The notes under the pieces were generated by a model. That model was given only the letters and a program-made list of their open reading frames with translations, was not told where the DNA came from and ran no database searches. From a virus: a DNA stretch of 64,000 nt. The DNA lies in IMG/VR virus record IMGVR_UViG_3300014946_000127; one strand, 5' to 3'. How positions within the stretch are numbered: position 1 is the stretch's first letter; every line of letters starts with the position of its first letter. Positions 38,434 to 47,693 of this stretch are shown here, piece by piece. The translations under genes were made by a program, and so were the position numbers.

Positions 38434-38650
38434 ATTCTGATTTGGGTATTTCTATACCTCCTAATATTATCTCGCAAACGGTTTCATTTGACTGTGATAT
38501 TTCCTTTTCATTGCGTCTTCCTTTGTGCTTAATGAAAGCATTTGTCTTTCCATTTTCAAGAACAAGACGTATTGCAGATTCTTCAAAATCGTCTAAAATA
38601 TAGACTTCTTCACCCGCTTGTAATTTTTTTTGTAGGATATTTGGGTTCAT
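38420..38650 (-). CDS. Hypothetical small protein
   Basis: 76-aa ORF between the MuF fusion and the hydrolase. Confidence 0.4.
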   Translation of the reverse strand: MNPNILQKKLQAGEEVYILDDFEESAIRLVLENGKTNAFIKHKGRRNEKEISQSNETVCEIILGGIEIPKSEYDMY

Positions 38651-38674
38651 ATTTATATGTAAAGATAATTATTT

Positions 38675-41311
38675 TTATCGGAAATGACTATAATATTCAA
38701 TAGATTTTTCTACTATTTTTAGTGCTTCATTACTTGATTTATCGAGTATGCGCCATTGCTCATAATATTTATGTCCGAGACCACCTTCCATTCCTGTCTC
38801 ATTATGTATTTCTTCCCAACGTTTTTTTCCAAGAATACGTTTCGCATCTTCCGGCCTTTCTTTTGCAAAAATCATACGTTCCGTATTAACCTGTATTTCC
38901 GCAGTAAGACCATTTGTGGTTCTTATGTTTACGATGTTTCCACTATATCCCATGAATGATTCTGGTTTTTGCCTTTTAAGGCGTAAGAAGCCTTCCGTTT
39001 TGTACAGTTCTTCTAACACATCTTCTATTCGGGACTTCGGAACGATTATGGTTGTTCTTACAGAATCTTTAATATCGTATGGAGTTATACCTTCTGTGAT
39101 GACTTTTCTTGTGATAGAAGTTGTACTCTTGAAATTAATAGGCGTAACATAACCACCATTTTTTATTGCGATCCGTTCTGCTATGGACTGTACTTCATCT
39201 CCCACTGATGATGCTCGTTTTACAATTTCCGAAATGGAACTTTCAACTGTTATTTTCTGATAAACGGATTTATTATCACGCAAAAAGTATGGTAAAGTAT
39301 TACGTTTTTTTGCTGTGCTGATGCGCTCTTGATTATCTAATACCCACTTTTTGAAAGCGTCCGGTACGTCTTTAACTTCGTTCACGCTTGCTGTCGTGGC
39401 TTCACTCCGACCGTCCCATTCCCAAAATTCTTCTTCGGTTTTTAGAATGGGTATCTTGTAACATCGACAATTGCTACCCCAAAAGCATTTTCCGTTCCTG
39501 CGGATATACATGATATGGTTGCGTTCCAGTGTCAAATCATAGACAAGACCATCATAATGCTGTATCTCTTTATTAAATACCGAAGACGTGACAGAATAGC
39601 ATTCACGTATAGAGTAACAATCATAGTTTGACTTTATAATTGGACCATTCGCTTTGTGTGATACTCCTGCTTTATTTATAGAAAAAGAAGGCCTATGTCC
39701 TGATTTCAGTATTAGTTCGGATAAGTCTCCTGCCATGCGTTCAGATGTGGTGAAGTATATGATTTCATCTTTATCTGACTTGAATTCATTACCGTGATTC
39801 CCTATGAATGATCTGCAAGGACGCTTATAACCGTCGCAAAGGACAAAGGCATCAAGAAAAATCCTTATCTGCCTCTTTGAAGCATTCTTTATAACATACG
39901 GGACAAATTTGTTTATACACCGTCCAAAAATCTTCAAATAGTTGCGTATGGTAGTGTTATAAAATACGACCTTTTGTTTTTCAAGATGTGGTTCAAATCC
40001 CATACGCTTGATGCAATCAACTATTTTATCTCTTGCCGTTTCTCCCTCTTGCTGGGATATTACGACGCCTGAATTGCTCATTGTACTACCGTCAGAAAGC
40101 CAATACCCCATAAATTCGCAGAACAAATCAAATGGGATTATCAAATCATCAATTTGGTAAAATTCGACATCGCCTGATTCATACTCGCAACCTCTATAAA
40201 ATCTGCCTTTACCTTTCGTGTATTCTTTCGCTTGGCAATTCTTAATTTTTCCGTCATTCTTATTCAAATACACCATATTGTGTTCTGGGGTTACGAGACA
40301 ATCAAGAGAGCGATTGTAGAAGTGTACCATTTCTCCATAATATGAGAAACATTGTCTATCGATAAATTCAACCCATTCTATATTACGTGTATTTGGATTT
40401 AACGATAATATCAAATCATCATCTAAAACGTCTTTGAATAACTTCCAACCTCTATTCGTCAGAACTTCGCTATCATCTGAATAACAAAGGGGATGCCAAC
40501 CGGTCCATTGGAAGTCTTTCGGGTATTTTCCAGCTAGTATATCGCAAATGTCTTGGAAAGGCTTTCCGTTGCAAGTATGGTTGTTGCTTAATTTGATTTC
40601 ATATCCCACCACGAAGTCCATCTGTTGCCAGCGTAGGTTTTCTGCTTGGCGGTATGCCATATTGATTTCGGAAGCAGCCAAACGGATAGAACGATACTCG
40701 CAATCCATTGCCCGTGATGCTTTTCCGAACCTTTCCTTGTAATCTTTTTGTAGTTGCGGGAAATCGAGCAGATATTTGGAGATTTGCTTGCTTAATGTAA
40801 TTGCACTCGTACCTTTTTGAATGGCACATGATATAGCTTCTTCAAGTTCCTGTTTATACAGAGTCGATTGATTCCACAACTTATCTGATATGGTAAATCC
40901 TTTATCCTTACGTTGCTGAAACGCTTTCAATGCATCATTATTGGGCTGGTATAGGATTTCGTATTTCTCCTTTCCTATGGTTGCGCCATAAGTTTGCAAT
41001 ACTTTGTTGGCAAGAAGATCTTGAACTTCGTTGCTGTTTTTCCATTCTTCAGAAGTGCCACTATATATTACAGCTCCGATGTCCTCAACGAACCTTTCTT
41101 GTAAGTCTCTTATCCGTTTTCTTGTTTGGGGATAATCCGACCACATAAACGGCCTATCACTATCAATGGTAAAATCGGTAATTCCGACTATTTTAGCCGC
41201 CTCTAAATTCAAATCCTCGTATATGGATTCCACAAGCATGACGTATTTGGCGAGCCGTTTATTCAGCTCGCCGTACTTGCGTTTCTGATTTGGAGTTTTC
41301 GGCTTTGCCAT
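38675..41311 (-). CDS. Head morphogenesis protein (SPP1 gp7 / Mu F-like) interrupted by an intein and carrying a C-terminal RelA/SpoT-like nucleotidyltransferase (toxSAS-like) domain
   Basis: 878 aa. The extein junction reconstitutes ...GWHPL|CRCYKIP (the MuF HPxCRC motif). The C-terminal 180 aa carry DSVRTTIIV, GYSGNIVNI, EIQVNTERM and HKYYE, which resemble the RelA_SpoT synthetase motifs DxxGxRVV, GYRSLH, EIQIRTxxM and HKxxYK. Confidence 0.7.
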   Translation of the reverse strand: MAKPKTPNQKRKYGELNKRLAKYVMLVESIYEDLNLEAAKIVGITDFTIDSDRPFMWSDYPQTRKRIRDLQERFVEDIGAVIYSGTSEEWKNSNEVQDLLANKVLQTYGATIGKEKYEILYQPNNDALKAFQQRKDKGFTISDKLWNQSTLYKQELEEAISCAIQKGTSAITLSKQISKYLLDFPQLQKDYKERFGKASRAMDCEYRSIRLAASEINMAYRQAENLRWQQMDFVVGYEIKLSNNHTCNGKPFQDICDILAGKYPKDFQWTGWHPLCYSDDSEVLTNRGWKLFKDVLDDDLILSLNPNTRNIEWVEFIDRQCFSYYGEMVHFYNRSLDCLVTPEHNMVYLNKNDGKIKNCQAKEYTKGKGRFYRGCEYESGDVEFYQIDDLIIPFDLFCEFMGYWLSDGSTMSNSGVVISQQEGETARDKIVDCIKRMGFEPHLEKQKVVFYNTTIRNYLKIFGRCINKFVPYVIKNASKRQIRIFLDAFVLCDGYKRPCRSFIGNHGNEFKSDKDEIIYFTTSERMAGDLSELILKSGHRPSFSINKAGVSHKANGPIIKSNYDCYSIRECYSVTSSVFNKEIQHYDGLVYDLTLERNHIMYIRRNGKCFWGSNCRCYKIPILKTEEEFWEWDGRSEATTASVNEVKDVPDAFKKWVLDNQERISTAKKRNTLPYFLRDNKSVYQKITVESSISEIVKRASSVGDEVQSIAERIAIKNGGYVTPINFKSTTSITRKVITEGITPYDIKDSVRTTIIVPKSRIEDVLEELYKTEGFLRLKRQKPESFMGYSGNIVNIRTTNGLTAEIQVNTERMIFAKERPEDAKRILGKKRWEEIHNETGMEGGLGHKYYEQWRILDKSSNEALKIVEKSIEYYSHFR
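39470..40486 (-). other. Intein (339 aa) with LAGLIDADG homing-endonuclease domain inside the MuF gene
   Basis: Begins CYSDDSEVLT (block A Cys) and ends ...KCFWGSN followed by Cys. LAGLIDADG-like motifs FMGYWLSDGS and FLDAFVLCDGYK; block F-like VYDLTLERNH. Confidence 0.65.
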
Positions 41312-41414
41312 ACATGCCGTTTTATAGCTTTAAGATATATTTTAAGCCAGCGGCATAAGCAATATACCCACGCCACCTTTATCTTGAAAACTGATATTTC
41401 CCATAATTATCTAA

Positions 41415-42827
41415 TTAAATTGCTGACTCTCCAAATATATTGTCGACCCTGCTTTGTGAAGTGATAGTCTCCTCTTGCCGTATCTGTTCCAATGTAGCCT
41501 GCGCGTCATTGCTATAACCTGCCTGTTGGATAGATTCAAGCTGAGACATGACTGGTTTTCCGCCATTAAGTTTCAATAAGCGATCTGCTGTGGCATCTTC
41601 ATCTTGTTGTATGAAGGGGGTAATGATATGTTCAATCTCTATATTATCAATTTCGCTTGACCATGATGTATTCATGTGCTTTAAAAATTCTTTGATGACA
41701 CTTGCCTCACGTTCGAAAAGCTCAATCCATGAGCCGCTTTCGTCTCCAACCTTTAAGTGTGCGTCGGTCAAAAGCATTTGTCTGGCATCGTAACCTATGT
41801 TCCCCAAAGACTTCATGTTGTCAAAAGAAACGTCCGGCATCTGCGATTGCATCCAATAGAGTTTAAGCAGGGTTTCCACATGATACTTCAATGCTTCGAT
41901 AGATTGTGACCATGATACATACGATACGTCTCCATTATATTCCACACGGTAAACTCTACGGCTTTCTCCTTTATCTTCTCCACCTTTTATACCTCCGGCT
42001 ATTTTCAAAATTGGTGCTGAATTATAGGCAATCACGTCGGAGTTGCGAGAAAGTGTATATTCCAATTCTTTGCGAATACGAGTTAATCCGTGGTATATAG
42101 GTACAGGTCTAAATGCGTATGCACCGGGTATTTTCATTAATCGTATTTGTTCAACAGTACCGACAGGTTCCCAACCTTTACCATTTTGTTTCCATTTATA
42201 ATGTTTGTCCGATGTGTATGTCTCAAAATAAGTAATTACTTCGTCCTTTACCTTTTTGGTGTATTCAAAGGACATTGCAAGCATATCGTCAAGCTCGTCG
42301 ATCAATGGATATAGTTTTACTCCCTCCATTGGCGAGTATGTCTTGCATTTTAGCTTATACTTACTATTAAAACCATATAATGTATTGGTCTTTTCTACTA
42401 CGTACCAAATTGTGAAAATTTCGCATGAGGCGAAATACGCATTTGCACGTTTAATATTTTCTGTATCGATTCGGGCATACTTGTAAATTGCCTCTATAGC
42501 CTTTGCTATCTGTTGGCGGACTTCAAATCCTTCTGTGTTGTGGTAGATACGTTTTACAGGAATGGCAAACATGAACTCAGTCATACGCTTTGTAAGCAGC
42601 TTTTCAAGGCCAATGTAAATGCGTGATGCTTCTTCTTTTGTCCCGTCTTTGCGTATTTTATCTTTTCGTGTTATAGTATCTTTGGCTATTTCATGGAATG
42701 ATGGTTCATACGCTTTAATAAGAAATTCCCATGAAGGAACACAAACGGATTTTCTTTTTAAGTCATTGATAATATTATCAACGGGTCGGGCACTGTTTAA
42801 TATAGCGGTTATTTCGTCCATAGGCAT
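41415..42827 (-). CDS. Portal protein candidate (SPP1-type)
   Basis: 470 aa, immediately upstream (in transcription order) of the MuF-like gene, the canonical portal-MuF arrangement. Confidence 0.5.
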   Translation of the reverse strand: MPMDEITAILNSARPVDNIINDLKRKSVCVPSWEFLIKAYEPSFHEIAKDTITRKDKIRKDGTKEEASRIYIGLEKLLTKRMTEFMFAIPVKRIYHNTEGFEVRQQIAKAIEAIYKYARIDTENIKRANAYFASCEIFTIWYVVEKTNTLYGFNSKYKLKCKTYSPMEGVKLYPLIDELDDMLAMSFEYTKKVKDEVITYFETYTSDKHYKWKQNGKGWEPVGTVEQIRLMKIPGAYAFRPVPIYHGLTRIRKELEYTLSRNSDVIAYNSAPILKIAGGIKGGEDKGESRRVYRVEYNGDVSYVSWSQSIEALKYHVETLLKLYWMQSQMPDVSFDNMKSLGNIGYDARQMLLTDAHLKVGDESGSWIELFEREASVIKEFLKHMNTSWSSEIDNIEIEHIITPFIQQDEDATADRLLKLNGGKPVMSQLESIQQAGYSNDAQATLEQIRQEETITSQSRVDNIFGESAI

Positions 42828-42856
42828 GTTTCGTATTACTTCATACGATTTTTTTT

Positions 42857-42883
42857 CAAAAATAGCAAAAGTGTATGAATTTC
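42857..42883. promoter_or_regulatory. Palindromic motif copy 5 upstream of the portal gene
   Basis: ttttcaaaaatagcAAAAGTGTATGAATTTCATATACTTTT. Confidence 0.45.
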
Positions 42884-43082
42884 ATATACTTTTAAGACTA
42901 AATTTGTTTAATTTACTATATTCGCCTGTTTTAGTGTTTTCCAGCATTCTCCGTTGAGCGGCAAATTTGATACAGATACAGTAATATCGCTGACACTCCT
43001 TTCAGGTAGCAAGATTTAAGAAATGAAATATATTTCTTAAACTCTACTGTGAGAGAATCAGCGATATTTACTGCCTTTATTG

Positions 43083-43844
43083 CTATTTTGAATATACATT
43101 AAATCTCACCTTATTCCTACTTCTGAAATTCACTATATCTTCGATCATTCTGATATAATCATCGGAATTTACACATGGAGTGAAAGCACGGGGATTGAGT
43201 TTTATTTTCTTTAATACGAGCTCATTGTCAAAGTCTTCACATCGATATAGCTTTATAATAGCTGCTACAAACTCCCTTCTCCTGTATATTGGTGAACTCT
43301 GGTTTTCACAAAAGGGTTTATAAGCCATTACCATATCTGCTAGTTTGCATGAGGTTTCAAAATCTTTTATAACAAAAAGACCTCTTCGTATGGCACTATG
43401 GTTTAGGTGTCTCTTTTTATCATAATCACAAGTCAAAGACATTCGCAAGAAAAATTCGCATATAGAGATTGGGAAATCTGGATACCTTTTTTGAAACTCC
43501 ATTATCTTCACATACTCTTTTTTACCTTCATCTGCATAGGATTTAACAAAGTCTTTTTTTTGCCAATTCCGAGCTTCCATATTATACATACGCACCTGCT
43601 CAACGCCGTATCCTTCTACTATGATGTATCTTATAGGTTTATGTAGTTCCTTTGATGCAAGAAAACGGTTTTGCCCATCTATTATTTCAAATTTTTCATT
43701 CACAATAATAACTGTAAATAGGAATTGCTCATTCATTTGAGTTGCAATCTTCTTGTAATGGTCAATTTCCCTATTCCCTTTTTCCATGATATGAAACTTA
43801 TCGTAGTCGTATGTTTCATAAACAGATGCTATTTGTTTGTCCAT
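43083..43844 (-). CDS. ParB-like nuclease domain protein (second copy, divergent)
   Basis: 253 aa. ...VIIVNEKFEIIDGQNRFLASKEL has the ParB N-terminal GxxR-type motif. Confidence 0.55.
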   Translation of the reverse strand: MDKQIASVYETYDYDKFHIMEKGNREIDHYKKIATQMNEQFLFTVIIVNEKFEIIDGQNRFLASKELHKPIRYIIVEGYGVEQVRMYNMEARNWQKKDFVKSYADEGKKEYVKIMEFQKRYPDFPISICEFFLRMSLTCDYDKKRHLNHSAIRRGLFVIKDFETSCKLADMVMAYKPFCENQSSPIYRRREFVAAIIKLYRCEDFDNELVLKKIKLNPRAFTPCVNSDDYIRMIEDIVNFRSRNKVRFNVYSK

Positions 43845-43889
43845 TGTATGATAATTTAATTTGTAAATAAACTTTTTATGATAATAAGA

Positions 43890-44186
43890 TTAGAAATCGC
43901 AAGCGTGAGTATATTGCTTTTTCAGGCTTTCTAAGGCTTTTTCTGTAACAAGGTATGCGTAACTGTTTTTGCTGCTTATGCGCTTGATAGAGCGTGTCTC
44001 TTTGAGAACAACAGGCTTATTGAAGATGATTTCATACCTGTTACCACAGTTCGTTATCCGAAAATCAACACTACGCTTGTATCTGTCCAATTCTGTTTCT
44101 TTGTATTCACCTTTGGGGACAAAATTAGGATTGGACACCAAGTAGCCTTCTGCTACCAATATACCATTTGAGTTATATACTTTCAT
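43890..44186 (-). CDS. Hypothetical protein
   Basis: 98-aa ORF. Confidence 0.4.
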   Translation of the reverse strand: MKVYNSNGILVAEGYLVSNPNFVPKGEYKETELDRYKRSVDFRITNCGNRYEIIFNKPVVLKETRSIKRISSKNSYAYLVTEKALESLKKQYTHACDF

Positions 44187-44473
44187 AATCGTGTTTTCAT
44201 GACATTATTAGTAATTTTGTTACCTGTACTATCAAATACTTCTATAGTTGGTCTACCTCCGTTATCAATAGGAGAAATAGCCTCTGATGTTTCATATAAA
44301 GTTTCTCCGTCTGTAACCATTATCTGCTTGTCATCTTCAAAACAAAGTACATCTTCACCTTCCCATGATTTTATTATTTCTAACGCTTCTTTATAACTTT
44401 CTGCTTCGATAGAAAACTGGGTACGCTCCCAACATGTTACTTTGCGGTCCTGATAAAAATCAAATGTTTTCAT
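44183..44473 (-). CDS. Hypothetical protein
   Basis: 96-aa ORF; leader resembles the repeated cassette leader. Confidence 0.4.
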   Translation of the reverse strand: MKTFDFYQDRKVTCWERTQFSIEAESYKEALEIIKSWEGEDVLCFEDDKQIMVTDGETLYETSEAISPIDNGGRPTIEVFDSTGNKITNNVMKTRL

Positions 44474-44639
44474 TGCTCTTATGTAATATATCTTATTTTA
44501 TTTCACTTATTGTAAGTTCTGGATATTCTGCGCCTCTTGCATTTTCCAAAAAAATCATTGTGTTGCAAAAATCAACTGCTTCTTCGTATGTTTCAAACTT
44601 AAATGTTACACTTGAACCTTTCTTTGATACTTGGTATTT

Positions 44640-44770
44640 CATCGTTCTTGTCTTTTAATTGTTAGTAATGTTGTTTGTTTTAGTATTGTAAAGATACTCA
44701 TTATCAGTGAGTTAACCAAATATTTACAACGTTATTTTGCTCATAATTAATAGTTTAACTTTTGGTAACT
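44640..44770. repeat. Third copy of the promoter part of the dispersed repeat
   Basis: catcgttcttgtcttttaattgttagtaatgttgtttgttttagtattgtaaagatactcattatcagtgagttaaccaaatatttacaac... Drives a 49-aa ORF (about 44497..44643, minus strand). Confidence 0.6.
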
Positions 44771-44999
44771 TTGCAGTTCCCATTTATATCCTGCTTCGTC
44801 CCATTATAAAATCTCATCATGTTTATTCTTGTATTAATTTTTTGCTTAATATTTTTCTTTTTGAGTTGTTCACCCCACTGATAGGCTTCCTCAATGACAC
44901 TCTTGCAATGTTTCTTCTCCCAATTCTCGCAGAAAGGATATGACTTGTATATACTCTCAATCATGTTTCAAATAATTTTTTATAACTCATATTTTACTC

Positions 45000-45434
45000 C
45001 TAATTTTCATCAAATATGCTTTCGATTTTTTCGTTCACCCTGTCACATGTATCTCCAAAGGAAATGGCAAAAGATTCGTCGCCTACACGGTCTATGATGG
45101 ATCGCAGGTCACGGGCAATGTGGTTGAACGCTCTCAGTTCTTCCAGCATAGGAAGGGTAACAGTTCCGTCATATTTTTTCAGTAGTGAAAGTAAATCGAC
45201 GGCGGAGGATTCTGCAATGTCCGCCAACACTGGGATTTTTCTCAGGAGGCGATTACATTTATCTTTGTCCTCTTTGCTCATGGTGTCGGTGATTGTTTTT
45301 GCCGTGACTTGCTCACGGGTTTGTAGTAGCCGGTCGTATTGCCTTCGTAAGTTGTCAAACAGAGCGAAGTCACCCCTTCTCAGAGCTTTCTCCATCTTCC
45401 GGCTGTACTCCTCTTTCAATATTTCAATGTCCAT
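45000..45434 (-). CDS. Hypothetical protein
   Basis: 144-aa ORF. Confidence 0.4.
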   Translation of the reverse strand: MDIEILKEEYSRKMEKALRRGDFALFDNLRRQYDRLLQTREQVTAKTITDTMSKEDKDKCNRLLRKIPVLADIAESSAVDLLSLLKKYDGTVTLPMLEELRAFNHIARDLRSIIDRVGDESFAISFGDTCDRVNEKIESIFDEN

Positions 45435-45637
45435 GATTTACTTGTCTTACACAATTATTTCAATATCAACTCTCTTGGTTCTTTATCTTCCCATTTTACT
45501 TCTGGGAATAAACTGTCACTTAATACAACAACAATAGTATTTTTGCCTTTAAATCCCCATGTACACTCACGTTTAAATGGTTTAGTTGAGTACATAAACA
45601 ATTTTCCACTTTCGTCCCTTGCTATCCACATAACTTA

Positions 45638-45934
45638 CTACTTCTTAATAATTTTATCATTTATAATAAACTGACCTCTAATTTCTGTCGGCAAAATATT
45701 CGTGATATTCGCTCTATGTTCTTCACCGTGCATAGATTTGAGCAACGGGTGTATTTCTTTGGGCATAGGAGCGGGACAATCTTTGCAATGTACTACCATT
45801 TCAAAATGTTGTTTTTGTCCATTCTTGTCCTTACTACCACAGCATTCACAATGAATAGGATAATAGAAATAAGTCCTTTCTAATGGTGCTTCTTTGCCAC
45901 AGATTTCACATTTACCAAATTCAATTTCTCCCAT
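45638..45934 (-). CDS. Zinc-ribbon (Cys-rich) small protein
   Basis: CEICGKE...CECCGSKDKNG...CKDCPAP. Confidence 0.45.
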   Translation of the reverse strand: MGEIEFGKCEICGKEAPLERTYFYYPIHCECCGSKDKNGQKQHFEMVVHCKDCPAPMPKEIHPLLKSMHGEEHRANITNILPTEIRGQFIINDKIIKK

Positions 45935-46178
45935 GATTATTCCAAAGTTTAACTAATTGTTTTTCTGTATATGGTTCTTTTACACCCATATTTGCATTCA
46001 CATACCATATTCCTATGGAATCAATAAGTATGAATATATTTACATCTACCCGGTATATCTCATTATCGGGGTATGCTTCCTTTACAGCAGTTGTACAGTC
46101 TCCATTTGTATAGCAGCTTGTTAGTATAAGCGATACTAATAAAAGCAATAAAAATTTCTTCATAGTTACTCCTCCCAC
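45921..46178 (-). CDS. Small lipoprotein
   Basis: MKKFLLLLLVSLILTSC signal peptide / lipobox. Confidence 0.45.
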   Translation of the reverse strand: MGGVTMKKFLLLLLVSLILTSCYTNGDCTTAVKEAYPDNEIYRVDVNIFILIDSIGIWYVNANMGVKEPYTEKQLVKLWNNHGRN

Positions 46179-46891
46179 TCGATTTTAACGGTATCAACAT
46201 AATACTTACCTTTATCTTTCATTGCTTCTTCTTTTGTGTCATAAGGATTGTGAGAAAATGTTATTACTCCAAGACTATTATACACATTCACCCACCCCTC
46301 TTTCTTCTGGGGGAGCATCATGAGGTCGTATTTATCAATCTGGTCGACAAAAAATCTACCACTTTCAAGATATTGCAAAACAGTTTCTTTATTACAATCG
46401 TATATTAAAGCAACAATTGGCTTATCATATTTTGCGTCAAAGCAAATAATCCTCGCCTTTCTTCCATCTCTTGTGCAGACTGGCTTGCCAGCTTTGGCTG
46501 CTTCAAGGTCAAAGGGTCTTAGATTCAATTTCTTTTCTTCCATATTTTCTTTGTTTTGTTTGACTTCTATATCAATGATTTTTGTTTCTTGATGTAGCAA
46601 CATAAAAAATTCGTAGTCCCATTTGGGAACAGGAATTATATAGGCTTGATAGGGTTGAAATATCTTTCCTTCACCTTTGTAAGGCTCTCCGACCTTTTCA
46701 AGTTTCTTGAAGATTACAGATTTACCATCACTTCTACCTTCCATTGCACATTCTATTACATGAATAGGGCATTTCCCGCCAAAATTCATAGAACAAATAG
46801 AACAGGACTGTCCCTCTGTTCCTTTTGGCTGCACTATGCACTGATACCACTCACCGTTGTACTCAAATATTTCTCCTACTTTTCTTTCCAT
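46166..46891 (-). CDS. Hypothetical protein
   Basis: 241-aa ORF. Confidence 0.45.
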   Translation of the reverse strand: MERKVGEIFEYNGEWYQCIVQPKGTEGQSCSICSMNFGGKCPIHVIECAMEGRSDGKSVIFKKLEKVGEPYKGEGKIFQPYQAYIIPVPKWDYEFFMLLHQETKIIDIEVKQNKENMEEKKLNLRPFDLEAAKAGKPVCTRDGRKARIICFDAKYDKPIVALIYDCNKETVLQYLESGRFFVDQIDKYDLMMLPQKKEGWVNVYNSLGVITFSHNPYDTKEEAMKDKGKYYVDTVKIEWEE

Positions 46892-47214
46892 ATCTTACTG
46901 CATTTTAATCGTTCAAATTCTATTATCTCCTTATCCCATAGTTGGGCCACGAAATGTTCTAACTGGCAGCCTTTGGATTTTTCCCAACCGGGGCAAAGGC
47001 ATACCTCATCGCATTCCATAAGAGCCTTTATATCGTTTCCCAGAAGTTCATGATAGGGTTTGTCCAAATCGGGGTTTACATCGAAGTCTATCGGTGTGAC
47101 GACACGGTATCCTTTCATTTCGAGGACTCCCGAAACGTATAGTATTTCACTTTCCACTTCATCGAAGTCCCTGCCAGTAATGGGTAGGGAGATGTAGATT
47201 TTCTTTTTACTCAT
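46876..47214 (-). CDS. DUF4406 / nucleoside 2-deoxyribosyltransferase-like protein
   Basis: 112 aa. MSKKKIYISLPITGRDFDEVESE...EVCLCPGWEKSKGCQLE resembles the DUF4406 family. Confidence 0.45.
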   Translation of the reverse strand: MSKKKIYISLPITGRDFDEVESEILYVSGVLEMKGYRVVTPIDFDVNPDLDKPYHELLGNDIKALMECDEVCLCPGWEKSKGCQLEHFVAQLWDKEIIEFERLKCSKIWKEK

Positions 47215-47251
47215 AATACAACAATGTTAACTAAACTATTAAAAGAGTTAA

Positions 47252-47500
47252 TTTGATATTTGATAACTAAATATCGAAGTATATTTGCATCGAACTTGAT
47301 TCGGAACATTAACACCTCCGATCCGGCGAACTGTCATTCGCCATCATCTTGTCCATTCTCGTGTGAGAAAGACATTAAGCCCAATGTCCTGTAACTTTGG
47401 GCTTTTTTTAGTTGCACTTGACAGGGTGCAACTTATAGCTTGTCGATACAGGTCGGCAGGCAAAACGGAAAGGAGGTGTTAATGTGAAAGATCAAGTTCA
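47252..47500. other. ~250-bp structured insertion with ~14-bp terminal inverted repeats, splitting a promoter-leader module
   Basis: Left arm aacattaacacctcc (47303-47317) and right arm ggaggtgttaatgt (47470-47483). Three internal hairpins, including an intrinsic terminator. The flanks are contiguous in the paralogous copy at 49151..49224. Confidence 0.45.
47375..47407 (+). terminator. Rho-independent terminator-like hairpin inside the insertion
   Basis: AAGCCCAAtgtcctgtaacTTTGGGCTTTTTTT. Confidence 0.5.
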
Positions 47501-47693
47501 AAATGAAAGTGGGAAAATCCGCATATTCTGCCGTTATATCATCAAGAACGGTAAAAAGATTTACCCTAAAAGGTCTAAATACTTTTCGTTCTTGGTGAGC
47601 GATAAGAAAAGTGCGTGATTTCGCTTTCTATGGGAATGTACAGGCATTCCCTTTCATCTCTACTCCTACTTCTTTTCTTTCCATGATTATATT

